Positions 29,333-38,962 of a DNA stretch of 64,000 bases are shown one piece after another. Below the pieces are notes generated by a model that ran no database searches, was not told the origin of the DNA, and saw nothing but the letters and a program-made list of their open reading frames with translations. The stretch comes from Candidatus Uhrbacteria bacterium (GTDB lineage Bacteria > Patescibacteriota > Patescibacteriia > UBA9934 > GWF2-40-263). Each line of letters opens with the position of its first letter. The stretch's first letter is position 1. Made by a program: the position numbers and the translations under genes. Location of the stretch: positions 13,968-77,967 of the forward strand of contig JAHFIQ010000003.1 of the NCBI GenBank assembly GCA_023246355.1, in the 5' to 3' direction.

Positions 29333-30105
29333 AGATCAGACCATCTTTTCGGAACAGACGTCCGTGGCTTGGAGTCGTGTTGTTCTGCTCTGTGGGGATG
29401 ATGCTCTTTCTTTTTCGTGGCTGGACATTGACCGTTCTGGAGCCCATGCTCGCCTTTTTTTCTGGTGCAGCTCAGAGACTCACCTCCGAGCTCAGTTCAC
29501 AAGAAGAACAAACGCTCCGGGATCAAATCACCGCTCTCTCCATTGACCGCGCTGCCTACTTGCAATTGATCGATGAAAATTCCACGCTGAAAGCAGAACT
29601 CGGATTTCAAGAGCGCACAGGCCTGTCCTCAATTCCCGCCAGGGTCATTTCCAAAAGCTTGTCACAAACCGTCTCGCGTTTTGTTATGGATGTCGGCACC
29701 AAAGACGGCATACAGATCGGCGATCCGATCGTGACAGACGATGGTCTCTTTGTTGGAACCGTGAGATCCGTGCAGAGCGGGTCCAGCACAGCCATGGCCC
29801 TTTCTGACCCCTCACATACCACGGCCGTGAGTTTACTCAATGATCGACGAACGATCGGTGTGGGGTCTGGAACGGTCGGTGGGCTTCTGGAAATTCGGTT
29901 TATTCCTGCGGATGAGTCGATCCAGGTAAATGATTTGGTGGTCACGTCGGGACTCGAGGAAACCGTTCCAAGTGGACTGCTCATTGGCCTCGTGAATGCG
30001 GTCTCACAAGATCCAACGACTCTGTTTTTAACAGCCGTGGTTGAACCCCTTGCCGATCTTCGGCGACTCAAGTCTGTCCTTGTCCTCACGTCAGAAGCTC
30101 TATGA
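29329..30105 (+). CDS. mreC: rod-shape-determining protein MreC
   Basis: N-terminal TM, coiled coil, beta-rich C-terminal domain. 4-nt overlap with mreB. Confidence 0.8.
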   Translation: MKIRPSFRNRRPWLGVVLFCSVGMMLFLFRGWTLTVLEPMLAFFSGAAQRLTSELSSQEEQTLRDQITALSIDRAAYLQLIDENSTLKAELGFQERTGLSSIPARVISKSLSQTVSRFVMDVGTKDGIQIGDPIVTDDGLFVGTVRSVQSGSSTAMALSDPSHTTAVSLLNDRRTIGVGSGTVGGLLEIRFIPADESIQVNDLVVTSGLEETVPSGLLIGLVNAVSQDPTTLFLTAVVEPLADLRRLKSVLVLTSEAL

Positions 30106-30611
30106 AACGCATCTTCCTCATCGTCTTTTTCGTGCTGCTTTCGATGTGCGAGTTGGGTTTTGTTTCCGCTCTTCCATTCCCCGTGGATCGATTGCCTCTT
30201 GTGCTCGTTGCGAGTGTCTTTTTGTTTCAATCCCTTGATGTACGACCGGCGGCTTGGTGGATGGTTCTTCATGGCGTCTTTCTTGATCTTTTACAGACGT
30301 CGTCTATTCGTTTTGAAATTGTGCCGCACGCCGTTGCAGCCCTGGTGCTGGTTCTGGCATCTCGCCACCTGTTTTCCAACCGTTCCTTTTGGGGCGTCCT
30401 GGGAACCTTTGCCTTAAGCCTTTTTGCCCTTTCTTGTACGGAGATTTTGCTCTCTATCTTCCAAGCCCTCTTTGAAGATTTCTCGCTCTCTTTTGATGTA
30501 CTTGTGGCCATGCGTCTCTGGGGTCTGGGTTTGGGGACACTGTTGCTGCTCATCTTCTTTCCTTTGACGGAGCTTCTCACACGAGCTCAAAAAAATCTGC
30601 TTTCCTTTTAA
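30102..30611 (+). CDS. mreD: rod-shape-determining protein MreD
   Basis: 169-aa polytopic membrane protein overlapping mreC end; operon context. Confidence 0.7.
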   Translation: MKRIFLIVFFVLLSMCELGFVSALPFPVDRLPLVLVASVFLFQSLDVRPAAWWMVLHGVFLDLLQTSSIRFEIVPHAVAALVLVLASRHLFSNRSFWGVLGTFALSLFALSCTEILLSIFQALFEDFSLSFDVLVAMRLWGLGLGTLLLLIFFPLTELLTRAQKNLLSF

Positions 30612-30617
30612 TTTCCT

Positions 30618-32567
30618 ATGCTCTTTTCCCGATCCACTTCGCCTTCTCGTGTGTTCGTCCTCCAAGAGGATAATCGGTTTGGTTCACGCAAAACGCGAGC
30701 CTCTGAATCCCCACTGGAAATTCCTTTTTCATGGAAGGATGGCACCGAACCACAAAGAGCGTTGGGTCGAATTTCTGGTTCAATTTCCACAGGACGTTTC
30801 CGTCTCCTCTCTCTCATTCTTCTGAGCGTACTGCTTTTATTTCTTGGGCGCTCTGTTCAATTGCAGGTGGTGCGTGGCGCTTCCTATCAAGCCCTCTCGC
30901 AGGAGAACCGCTATTCCACCCAGTGGCTTATTCCACCACGCGGTGTCATTGTTGATCGACAGGGCGAAACTCTTTCCTGGAATCAATCCATTTTTGTGCT
31001 CACCATGGATCCCGTAGCCCTCCCGGAGACTGAGCAAGAGCGTTCGGATCTCTTCCTGAAGGTTGCCTCTTTAACGGGCTTGCAAATCACCGACCTCGAT
31101 CTGCTTTTTTCTAGTGCCTCTTCTAGTCAAACCCCTCTGACCGTAATGGAAGACGTTCCATATGAAACAGCTCTCCGACTCTCGACACAGCTGACGCTGT
31201 TGCCAGGGTTTTCTTTGAACACAAAATCGATCCGGAGGTATGACAGCTCCATCCCGTCCCTTTCCCAGGTGTTGGGTTACACGGGCTCCATGAACGAGGA
31301 TGAGTATGCAGAGCTCAAATCATCTGGCTATCGTCTCAGCGACGACATTGGAAAGGCAGGAGTGGAAAAAACGTATGAAGGTATTTTGAGAGGAGAGCCG
31401 GGCGCACGGATTTCGGAAGTCAACGCACGCGGTGAGGAAGTCTCGGTTGTCTCGCAGACCCAGCCCCAGGAAGCGGGAACCATGACTCTCAGCATCGACG
31501 CGGCGTTTCAAAAATTTGCTGAGCAGAAGCTGACCGAGACCCTTCAGCGCGTCGGCGCCTCCCGGGGTTCCATTGTCGCCCTGGAACCTCAGACAGGGGC
31601 TGTGAGGGCTTTGGTGAGCCTTCCGACGTTTGACAGCAACGAATTTGTCGGAGGTATCTCGCAGGATCGTTACAACACCCTTCTTTCAGATCCAAACCAA
31701 CCCTTGTTTCCTCGTGCCATCGCCGGTGAGTTTCCATCTGGCTCTATCTTTAAGCCCTACGTTGCCTATGCCGCGCTCACAGAAGGGATCGTCCAGGAAC
31801 ACACCTCGTTTCTTTCAACAGGTGGCGTTCGGATTGGTCAGTGGTTTTTTCCAGACTGGAAAGCCGGAGGACATGGTGTCACGGATGTGCGCAAAGCCAT
31901 TGCCCAATCAGTGAACACCTATTTTTACATTGTCGGTGGGGGACTGGATGATGTCACCGGGCTTGGGGTGGAGCGCATCTCTGATTACGCAGAAAAATTT
32001 GGATTCGGCAGCCCAACCGGAATTGACATACCTGGCGAAGCCGATGGATTTCTTCCGTCAAAAGAATGGAAACAAGAAGTGAAGGGTGAGCGTTGGTATG
32101 TGGGGGACACCTATCACTATGCAATCGGCCAAGGAGATTTTTTGACAACGCCCCTGCAGATGGCGGTCGCTGTTTCTGCGATTGGCAATGGAGGGCTGAT
32201 GTGCACACCCTCTGTGGTGGAATCCGTGGATGGGCTTGGCGCTTCACAGATAGGGCACGAACCTTGCCGACCATTGGATCAGCTGAACGTGCAAGCTCTT
32301 GAATTAGTCCGCGAAGGCATGCGCGAAACGGTCACGGCAGGAAGCGCTCGTTCACTCTCTCTGCTCACGCAAGCTGTTGCAGGAAAAACAGGCACCGCAC
32401 AAACACCAGGTGATCGACCGTATCATTCCTGGTTTACAGGATTTGGACCCTACGATGACCCAACGCTCACACTGGTCGTTCTGATCGAGGAGGGTGGTGA
32501 GAGCACCGATGCCGCTGTGCCACTCGCCCGAGAGTTATTCACCTGGTGGTTTGACAACAATCCGTGA
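30618..32567 (+). CDS. mrdA: penicillin-binding protein 2 (elongasome transpeptidase)
   Basis: N-terminal TM, dimerisation domain, SxxK (SIFKPY), SxN and KTG(T) (GKTGTAQ) motifs. Confidence 0.9.
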   Translation: MLFSRSTSPSRVFVLQEDNRFGSRKTRASESPLEIPFSWKDGTEPQRALGRISGSISTGRFRLLSLILLSVLLLFLGRSVQLQVVRGASYQALSQENRYSTQWLIPPRGVIVDRQGETLSWNQSIFVLTMDPVALPETEQERSDLFLKVASLTGLQITDLDLLFSSASSSQTPLTVMEDVPYETALRLSTQLTLLPGFSLNTKSIRRYDSSIPSLSQVLGYTGSMNEDEYAELKSSGYRLSDDIGKAGVEKTYEGILRGEPGARISEVNARGEEVSVVSQTQPQEAGTMTLSIDAAFQKFAEQKLTETLQRVGASRGSIVALEPQTGAVRALVSLPTFDSNEFVGGISQDRYNTLLSDPNQPLFPRAIAGEFPSGSIFKPYVAYAALTEGIVQEHTSFLSTGGVRIGQWFFPDWKAGGHGVTDVRKAIAQSVNTYFYIVGGGLDDVTGLGVERISDYAEKFGFGSPTGIDIPGEADGFLPSKEWKQEVKGERWYVGDTYHYAIGQGDFLTTPLQMAVAVSAIGNGGLMCTPSVVESVDGLGASQIGHEPCRPLDQLNVQALELVREGMRETVTAGSARSLSLLTQAVAGKTGTAQTPGDRPYHSWFTGFGPYDDPTLTLVVLIEEGGESTDAAVPLARELFTWWFDNNP

Positions 32568-32624
32568 GCACGATAGCCTAAATGAGCACTCACCGAATGG
32601 CGGGTGTTCTCTTTTTAAGAATCT

Positions 32625-33080
32625 ATGCCATCGTATCTCTCCACGAAAGGACTTCAAGAAATAAAAGAAGAACTCATACGTCGGCAAAAAATTACCCGAC
32701 GGGAAATTGCTGAAAAGATTGCCAATGCTAAAGAGCTTGGTGATCTCTCGGAAAATTTTGAGTACCAGGAATCGAAAGAAGAACAAGGGATGAACGAAGC
32801 ACGGATTGCGCAGCTAGAAAATCAAATCCACGATGTGGTGATTATCGACGCTGCTTCAGGATCATCCCAGATTGGCATTGGCACGATGTTCATTGCCGAG
32901 GTTGGGGGACAAAAAAAATCGTTTACCATGGTCGGTTCCAATGAAGCGGATCCCTTGAAGGGAAAAATTAGCAACGAGTCTCCCATTGGCTTGGCATTCC
33001 TTGGCGCGAAAACAGGAGATGTTGTTTCCATAGAGGTTCCTTCTGGTACAATGAAATATACGATCGTTGAAATTCACTAA
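32625..33080 (+). CDS. greA: transcription elongation factor GreA
   Basis: N-terminal coiled coil with acidic tip and C-terminal FKBP-like domain; typical length. Confidence 0.85.
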   Translation: MPSYLSTKGLQEIKEELIRRQKITRREIAEKIANAKELGDLSENFEYQESKEEQGMNEARIAQLENQIHDVVIIDAASGSSQIGIGTMFIAEVGGQKKSFTMVGSNEADPLKGKISNESPIGLAFLGAKTGDVVSIEVPSGTMKYTIVEIH

Positions 33081-34563
33081 TATGATTCAAGAAGAAAAAG
33101 ATCGTCTCAGCCGACTAGAAAAGCTCCGTGCCGCTCAGATTGATCCCTATCCAACGCAAGGCCAGCGTACGCACCTGGCAGAAGAAGTGCTTCAGCAATT
33201 TGATGATCTTCTTGAAAAAAAAGTGACCGTCAAAATCCTTGGGCGCGTGCGTTTGCTTCGAAAGCATGGTGGACTCACGTTCGCTCAGATTCAAGATCAA
33301 TCTGGCATCATTCAAGTGGCGTTGCGCAAGGATGTCCTGGGTCAGGAAGCTTATGATTTTTTTCACGAGACGATTGACGTAGGTGATTTTCTTGAGGTGA
33401 GTGGGCAGGTGTTTCTCACCAAGAAAGGCGAGAAGACTGTCGAGATCGCAAACCACCGCCTGCTCAGCAAGGCGATCCTTCCATTGCCAGAAAAATGGCA
33501 TGGACTCAGTGATGTCGAAGCGCGTTTTAGAAAACGCTATCTTGATCTAATCATGAGCGACGACGTCCGGACACGACTCACGCTGCGTTCAAAGATTATC
33601 TCCTCGATTCGTTCTCTCTTGGACGCACGTGGATTCCTTGAAGTGGAAACACCGACGCTACAACCCGTCTACGGTGGGGGATTTGCCCGGCCTTTTGTCA
33701 CGCATCATAACGCCTTGGACACAGATTTTTATTTGCGCATTTCCGATGAGATGTATTTGAAGCGTTTGCTCGTGGGAGGATTTGAAAAAGTCTACGAAAT
33801 AACAAAAGTCTTTCGCAATGAAGGACTTGATCGCGATCACAATCCTGAGTTCACGATGTTCGAGGCACAGATCGCCTATGAAAATTATGAATACGGGATG
33901 GATTTGTTTGAGGAAATTTTTGAGACGGCTGCTGTACAGGCCCTTGGCTCTCCAGAAATCCAGCAGGAGGACGTGGTTGTCAGCGTCAAACGTCCATGGA
34001 AACGACTGCGTCTCATCGATGCGGTTGAAGAAATCGGTGGCGTGATGAAATCCGTGTGGACGAATCCAGAGGAAGCACGAGCGGTTTTACAAAAAAAGCT
34101 TCCCACGTCTGCACACCCTGATTTGAACCGCATGAAGACGACGGGTGAGATGATGGCCTATGCCTTTGAAATGCTCGTGGAAGAACACCTGATTCAGCCG
34201 ACGATTATCTACGACTACCCTGTGGAAGTTTCGCCCTTGGCAAAAAAATGTCCGGCAGATCCACGATTCGTTGAGCGCTTTGAAGCCTTTGCCATGGGAA
34301 GTGAAATCGGAAATAATTATTCTGAGCTGAACGATCCAGTTGATCTTGAAAAACGGTTTCTCGAAGAAAAGGACCGCGAAGCAGCTGGATTTGATGAGGC
34401 TCACCAGACGGATACGGATTATCTTGAAGCCATCAAGCACGGCATGCCTCCAGCCTGTGGTTTGGGCATTGGCATTGATCGGATGGTAATGCTTCTGACC
34501 GGTGCCAAAAATATCAAGGAAGTTATTCTGTTTCCTACGCTGCGTCCGAGCCGCGAAGGCTGA
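33067..34563 (+). CDS. lysS: lysyl-tRNA synthetase (class II)
   Basis: OB-fold N-domain, class II motifs (FRNEG, GLGIGIDRMVMLLTG). Confidence 0.95.
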   Translation: MKFTNMIQEEKDRLSRLEKLRAAQIDPYPTQGQRTHLAEEVLQQFDDLLEKKVTVKILGRVRLLRKHGGLTFAQIQDQSGIIQVALRKDVLGQEAYDFFHETIDVGDFLEVSGQVFLTKKGEKTVEIANHRLLSKAILPLPEKWHGLSDVEARFRKRYLDLIMSDDVRTRLTLRSKIISSIRSLLDARGFLEVETPTLQPVYGGGFARPFVTHHNALDTDFYLRISDEMYLKRLLVGGFEKVYEITKVFRNEGLDRDHNPEFTMFEAQIAYENYEYGMDLFEEIFETAAVQALGSPEIQQEDVVVSVKRPWKRLRLIDAVEEIGGVMKSVWTNPEEARAVLQKKLPTSAHPDLNRMKTTGEMMAYAFEMLVEEHLIQPTIIYDYPVEVSPLAKKCPADPRFVERFEAFAMGSEIGNNYSELNDPVDLEKRFLEEKDREAAGFDEAHQTDTDYLEAIKHGMPPACGLGIGIDRMVMLLTGAKNIKEVILFPTLRPSREG

Positions 34564-34564
34564 T

Positions 34565-34963
34565 ATGAAATCGAAGCGTGTGCTGGTATTTGGGACGTTT
34601 GATGGACTGCATGATGGGCACCTGTTTTTCCTGCGATCCGCAAAGGCCAAGGGAACGCATCTCATTGTTGCCGTGGCGCGAGATGCGCATGTCAAGATCC
34701 TGAAAGACAAACGACCCGTGATGAGTGAACAGAAAAGACTGGAGTCCGTAAAAAATTTGAAATCTGTTGACGAGGCCTCTTTGTGCGATGAACAACTTGG
34801 GGGATATGGCATCATTGAAGCAACCAAACCGGATCTGATCGTGTTGGGACATGACCAACGTGCGCTTGAACAAGATCTCGTCAGGTGGATGAGTGAAGCC
34901 CACCAATATCTTCCCATTTCACGACTGAAGAAAGTACCTGTAGTGAGGTCTATCGAACTATGA
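34565..34963 (+). CDS. cytidylyltransferase-like nucleotidyltransferase (FAD synthetase RibL / TagD-like HxGH fold)
   Basis: VFGTFDGLHDGHLFFLRSAK (HxGH motif). Start at ATG 34565 (internal Met of track ORF 34502-34963) to avoid overlap with lysS. Confidence 0.65.
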   Translation: MKSKRVLVFGTFDGLHDGHLFFLRSAKAKGTHLIVAVARDAHVKILKDKRPVMSEQKRLESVKNLKSVDEASLCDEQLGGYGIIEATKPDLIVLGHDQRALEQDLVRWMSEAHQYLPISRLKKVPVVRSIEL

Positions 34964-35394
34964 AACCCGTCAAAGATCTCGCCATCGCTGTTGCTATTTG
35001 TGAACGTGATGGAAAAATTTTGATGCTGCAGAGGAAGGATGACAATCCGTTGTGGGATAAAAAATGGGAATTTCCCGGTGGCAAGATTGAGGCAGGGGAG
35101 CAGCCTGATTCAGCGATTGATCGAGAGGTGAGGGAAGAAACAGGCTTGCCGATTATCAACTCACGGTTTTTTAAGCTCCATGATCATGACTGGGAACTCG
35201 AAGAAAAAATTTTGCGTGTGCACATTCATTGTTTTCATTGTGTCGTCGGGGATGGGGAGGCCGTTGTTGAAATAGATCACGCCTATCAGTTTGGCTGGTT
35301 TTCGCTTCAGGATGCCCTGACCCTTGATTCTCTGGAGGCGAACGACGATATTCTTAAGGCTTATTTGCATGAAACGGTATCGCACGTGGGTTGA
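34960..35394 (+). CDS. NUDIX hydrolase
   Basis: Nudix box GGKIEAGEQPDSAIDREVREETGL. Confidence 0.85.
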   Translation: MKPVKDLAIAVAICERDGKILMLQRKDDNPLWDKKWEFPGGKIEAGEQPDSAIDREVREETGLPIINSRFFKLHDHDWELEEKILRVHIHCFHCVVGDGEAVVEIDHAYQFGWFSLQDALTLDSLEANDDILKAYLHETVSHVG

Positions 35395-36508
35395 AGTGAG
35401 TGAGAGGGCTCTCACGCACAACGTGGAAACGCTGCGCTCACTGCTTGAAGATGGCGCGCGTTTTTGTGCCGTGGTGAAAGCCAATGCCTACGGTCATGGC
35501 CTTTTTGAGGTCGCGGGCATCGCTGCACGTGCAGGTGTTGATGCCTTTGCCGTAGATTCCATTGACGATGCCCTTTCACTGCGAGAGGTCTATCCGAGTG
35601 CCATGATTCTCACGCTTGGCTACACCATGTCAGATCGCTTTCGCGAGGCGCTGAGTGCCAACATTCATCTCACCGTGTCAGATCTGGAAGGGATTGAGCA
35701 AGCCCAAACCATTGGACGTGAATTGGCAAAAACATTCCCGATTCATCTGAAGGTCGAAACAGGAACCATGCGTCAAGGCGTGAACATGGAAGACCTGACC
35801 GATATGGCTCTTCATCTCTCCCGTTGTGATCGTGTTTCTCTTGAAGGTGTCTCGACACATTTTGCCAATATCGAAGACTCGGAAAATCCAGAATTTGCCG
35901 CGCGGCAGTTTTCACTGTACGAACAAGCTCTTTCTATTCTCTCAGAGCACCAAATTTGTCCGCCCTGGCGACACTGTGCCTGCTCAGCCGCGATCATTCT
36001 GTATCCGCAAACCCATCAAACCCTTGTCCGAGCGGGAATTTCTCTGTACGGCCTCTGGTCATCCGAGTTGGTAGAAAATACAGTCAGACGACTCAACCTT
36101 GGATGTGATCTTCAGCCTGTGCTCACCTGGAAGTCGAGAGTGACCCAGATCAAAACCGTCCACATGGGCACCCCGATTGGCTATGGCCTCACCGAGGTCA
36201 TGAAGCGCAGTGGAAGACTTGCGGTGATTCCTGTGGGATACTTTGATGGGTATGACCGGTTGCTTTCCTCCAAGGGGGAAGTGCTGATCAAGGGAACAAG
36301 ATGCAAAGTCATGGGAAGGATCTGTATGAATATGATGATGGTGGATGTCTCGCAGGTCCCTCAGCTTGAGAAAGAGGATGAAGTCATTTTGCTCGGAACC
36401 GACGGTCGACACCGTGTCACAGCCGAGGATCATGCTCGCTTATGCCAGACGATTCCCTATGAAGTTCTCACACGCATCAATTCTGCCTTGCCCCGTGTGA
36501 TTGTATGA
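35369..36508 (+). CDS. alr: alanine racemase
   Basis: PLP-lysine motif VVKANAYGHG; start at ATG 35369 (MKRYRTWVEV...). Confidence 0.9.
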   Translation: MKRYRTWVEVSERALTHNVETLRSLLEDGARFCAVVKANAYGHGLFEVAGIAARAGVDAFAVDSIDDALSLREVYPSAMILTLGYTMSDRFREALSANIHLTVSDLEGIEQAQTIGRELAKTFPIHLKVETGTMRQGVNMEDLTDMALHLSRCDRVSLEGVSTHFANIEDSENPEFAARQFSLYEQALSILSEHQICPPWRHCACSAAIILYPQTHQTLVRAGISLYGLWSSELVENTVRRLNLGCDLQPVLTWKSRVTQIKTVHMGTPIGYGLTEVMKRSGRLAVIPVGYFDGYDRLLSSKGEVLIKGTRCKVMGRICMNMMMVDVSQVPQLEKEDEVILLGTDGRHRVTAEDHARLCQTIPYEVLTRINSALPRVIV

Positions 36509-37344
36509 GTCGACGCGATTTTTTTAAACAAAACCTTCGGCATCGCTATCGAGGACGGGACCGAGAGAATCCGTATTTTCGACGCGTCAAAAAGATTCCA
36601 TGGAAAGGTCTCAGCCTCACCGTGGGTTCACTCGTTGTCCTGATCGGCCTCCTGACATTTTTGTTTGCTCATCCAGCTTTAGGAATTCAGGAGGTGGTCA
36701 TCCATGGTCTCACACACATCGACCACAAGGAATTTGAAACAGAGGTTTTGTCCTATCTCGATGAGCGAGCCTTGCTGTTTTTTCACCACAGGAATCAATT
36801 TCTCTTTTCAGACAAAGACCTTCTAAGCCGTCTTGAACAGCACTTCACGTTTGCTTCCCTGAGTGTCTCTCAAGAGGGGAAGAAGCTGTACATCGCGGTC
36901 GAAGAGCGAAGTTCAAACCTCATCTGGGTCACGGATCAAGAATATGTTGTTGATGTCCATGGGGTGGTGGTTCGACAACTCAATAGGGAACAGACGGAAG
37001 ATGCCAAGCTCGCTTCCCAGCTCCCTTTGTTTTACGACATTAACCAAGTTCCGGTCTCAGTAGGTTCAGTTGTTCTCACGGAACAGGAAATCGTGAGCGT
37101 GTTTGCGTTTCACAAAATCCTGGCCTCACAGGACATTCCATTCACGCAGACGCGTTTAAATCGTCTTGTAGGTGGTTGGATGAGTGTCGTAACACAGAAG
37201 GGCTATGAAATCTATTTTGACGTCACAGGAGACATTGAGACACAGGGAGAGGCCTTGAAAACCGTCCTGGCAGAAGAGATAGAGGATCCCGCGGACCTTG
37301 AGTATATTGATTTACGATTTGGGGATCATGTGTATTTTAAATAA
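36505..37344 (+). CDS. cell division protein FtsQ/DivIB-like (POTRA domain)
   Basis: Basic N-terminus, single TM, then POTRA-like beta-alpha pattern (EVVIHGLTHIDHKEFE...) and gamma-domain. Confidence 0.6.
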   Translation: MSRRDFFKQNLRHRYRGRDRENPYFRRVKKIPWKGLSLTVGSLVVLIGLLTFLFAHPALGIQEVVIHGLTHIDHKEFETEVLSYLDERALLFFHHRNQFLFSDKDLLSRLEQHFTFASLSVSQEGKKLYIAVEERSSNLIWVTDQEYVVDVHGVVVRQLNREQTEDAKLASQLPLFYDINQVPVSVGSVVLTEQEIVSVFAFHKILASQDIPFTQTRLNRLVGGWMSVVTQKGYEIYFDVTGDIETQGEALKTVLAEEIEDPADLEYIDLRFGDHVYFK

Positions 37345-37493
37345 CTGGGGTCAGGTCGGATTATGGACTTTCCTGAACCAGCTTGTCGTATAAGGCATAT
37401 TGTGCGACACACTTCTTCTCTCTTCCCTTATGACTGAGGGAAGGACAGAGATTCCCCTACAAAAGTTTTAGGATCGCGAGTTTTGCAATGGTT

Positions 37494-37697
37494 TCAAATA
37501 AAATCTGTCAGGTAGACAAGCAACAACGTAATAACACCGATTAAAAAAAATGTAAGTCCAATGAGGGACAAGGCCATGATGAGCTCATCATCCTCCCCTG
37601 CCCCACGAATCATGTTGACGCTCACGCCAATAAAGATCGCAAGTGGAATCCCAGCAAAGGCCCAACCAAGAAACTTTAGAACGAATTCAAGGGTCAT
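37494..37697 (-). CDS. hypothetical small membrane protein (67 aa, 2 TM)
   Basis: ORF with two hydrophobic helices. Its promoter region carries the TTCGTA half-site array. Confidence 0.4.
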   Translation of the reverse strand: MTLEFVLKFLGWAFAGIPLAIFIGVSVNMIRGAGEDDELIMALSLIGLTFFLIGVITLLLVYLTDFI

Positions 37698-37712
37698 AAT
37701 GTTGCTTAATCG

Positions 37713-37761
37713 ACGAATTACGAATGGTACGAATATACGAATCGAAAATTTTAGTACGAAA
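37713..37761 (-). promoter_or_regulatory. array of 4-5 TTCGTA(C) half-sites (the half of the TTCGTAC|GTACGAA palindrome) upstream of the small membrane protein gene
   Basis: Plus-strand text gacgaaTTACGAAtgGTACGAAtaTACGAAtcgaaaattttaGTACGAAa read directly. Overlaps the 3' end of the M23 peptidase gene. Confidence 0.45.
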
Positions 37762-38962
37762 TTAAGTATCCGAGAGGATCCGTTGGAATCCCATCCTTTC
37801 TCACCTCAAAGTGTAGGTGAGGCCCGGTTGATAGTCCAGTGCTTCCCACAGCGCCGATGATGTCTCCACGTGCCACGAATTGATCTGCGACGACATCGAT
37901 TCGTGAAAGATGCGCGTAGAGGGTTGAGATACCATTTGCATGAATGACCATCACGTAATTTCCATAGAGCCGGCCTGTTTTTGCAAATGCGACATAGCCC
38001 GTTGCCGCTACACCAACCGGTGTTCCCGTCGCTGCTGGCAAATCAAGACCTGAGTGTTCAAACAAATTTCGAAAGGGATACGTTGGATCATGAAAATAGG
38101 TTGATATTCCTCGAAGCGTAGGGCTAAATGGCCAGGAAAGCACAGACGAATCCCCTCCCTCGTCCGCTTCACTCAACTTGCCCTCAATTTCTTGCTGCAG
38201 CAAAAGAATTTCCTGATTGATAAATGTTTGTTCCTGTTTGACCTCCTGAAGCAGGGATTGAAATGTAGATTCCGATTGTTGTGTTTGCGTGATCAAAAAT
38301 TCCTTCGAGCCTGTCTCCTCACTGAGACGATCAAGGTCTTTGTCTAGACTCTCCTCAAGTGAAACAAGGTCTGTTTTTTTGGTTTCCTCATTTGTCATTT
38401 TTTCTTCAAGCGCGGCCTTCGTGCTCCGAGCCTCATCAACCGTTTTTTTCAGATCCTCAGAAATATTGGACAGTTGTTGCAGGTTATCAAAAAGCTCGGA
38501 AAAAGAATCGTTGCTGAAGAAAAGTTCCAGCGGCACGGCCGTGTCTTCCGTTTGAATTTGTCTCAGGACTTCTGCTATCAGTGTTCGTTCGTAATCCAGT
38601 TGTTCCTGCGTGGACTGGATCTCTTCATCCAAGGACGCCAGTTCAATGTTGACCAAATCAATCGAAGCCTCGGCCGCCTCGATATCGAGTTTGGTTTTCG
38701 CAATCCGATTTTCAAGCAAATCAATTTCCCCGTACAAGGTCGCCTCCTGAGCCTGAAGGTTTTCGATTTTTTCTTTGTAGGAATCGATCTGACTGTTTAA
38801 GGCATCGATCGACTCTCGCTTCTCGTCAATTTTTGTGGAGAGGTCGTCAATGGCTGAATTGCTCTGTGCGTTTACGGTTCCGACAAAAAAGACTGGCAGG
38901 CTCAGAAGAGCCAGCAAAAACATCGTACGGCTGAGGGAATGAAGCGTTGAGCTGAGACTCAT
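37751..38962 (-). CDS. M23 family metallopeptidase with N-terminal coiled coil (EnvC/NlpD-like)
   Basis: Signal peptide, about 250-aa coiled coil. C-terminal M23 motifs HxGxD-like (GLDLPAATGTPV) and GSTGLSTGPHLHFEV. Confidence 0.85.
   Translation of the reverse strand: MSLSSTLHSLSRTMFLLALLSLPVFFVGTVNAQSNSAIDDLSTKIDEKRESIDALNSQIDSYKEKIENLQAQEATLYGEIDLLENRIAKTKLDIEAAEASIDLVNIELASLDEEIQSTQEQLDYERTLIAEVLRQIQTEDTAVPLELFFSNDSFSELFDNLQQLSNISEDLKKTVDEARSTKAALEEKMTNEETKKTDLVSLEESLDKDLDRLSEETGSKEFLITQTQQSESTFQSLLQEVKQEQTFINQEILLLQQEIEGKLSEADEGGDSSVLSWPFSPTLRGISTYFHDPTYPFRNLFEHSGLDLPAATGTPVGVAATGYVAFAKTGRLYGNYVMVIHANGISTLYAHLSRIDVVADQFVARGDIIGAVGSTGLSTGPHLHFEVRKDGIPTDPLGYLISY

Noticed and set aside
34502-34564. 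Upstream extension of the cytidylyltransferase-like gene overlapping lysS by 62 nt
   Set aside because: The conserved domain starts at the internal Met (ATG 34565) immediately after the lysS stop. The extension (MPKISRKLFCFLRCVRAAKAD) is lysS 3' sequence in another frame.
37418-37447. Hairpin CTCTTCCCT-TATGACTG-AGGGAAGG between ftsQ-like (+) and the small membrane gene (-) as a bidirectional terminator
   Set aside because: Stem is imperfect and there is no U-run on either strand. Kept as a weak observation, not listed as a feature.
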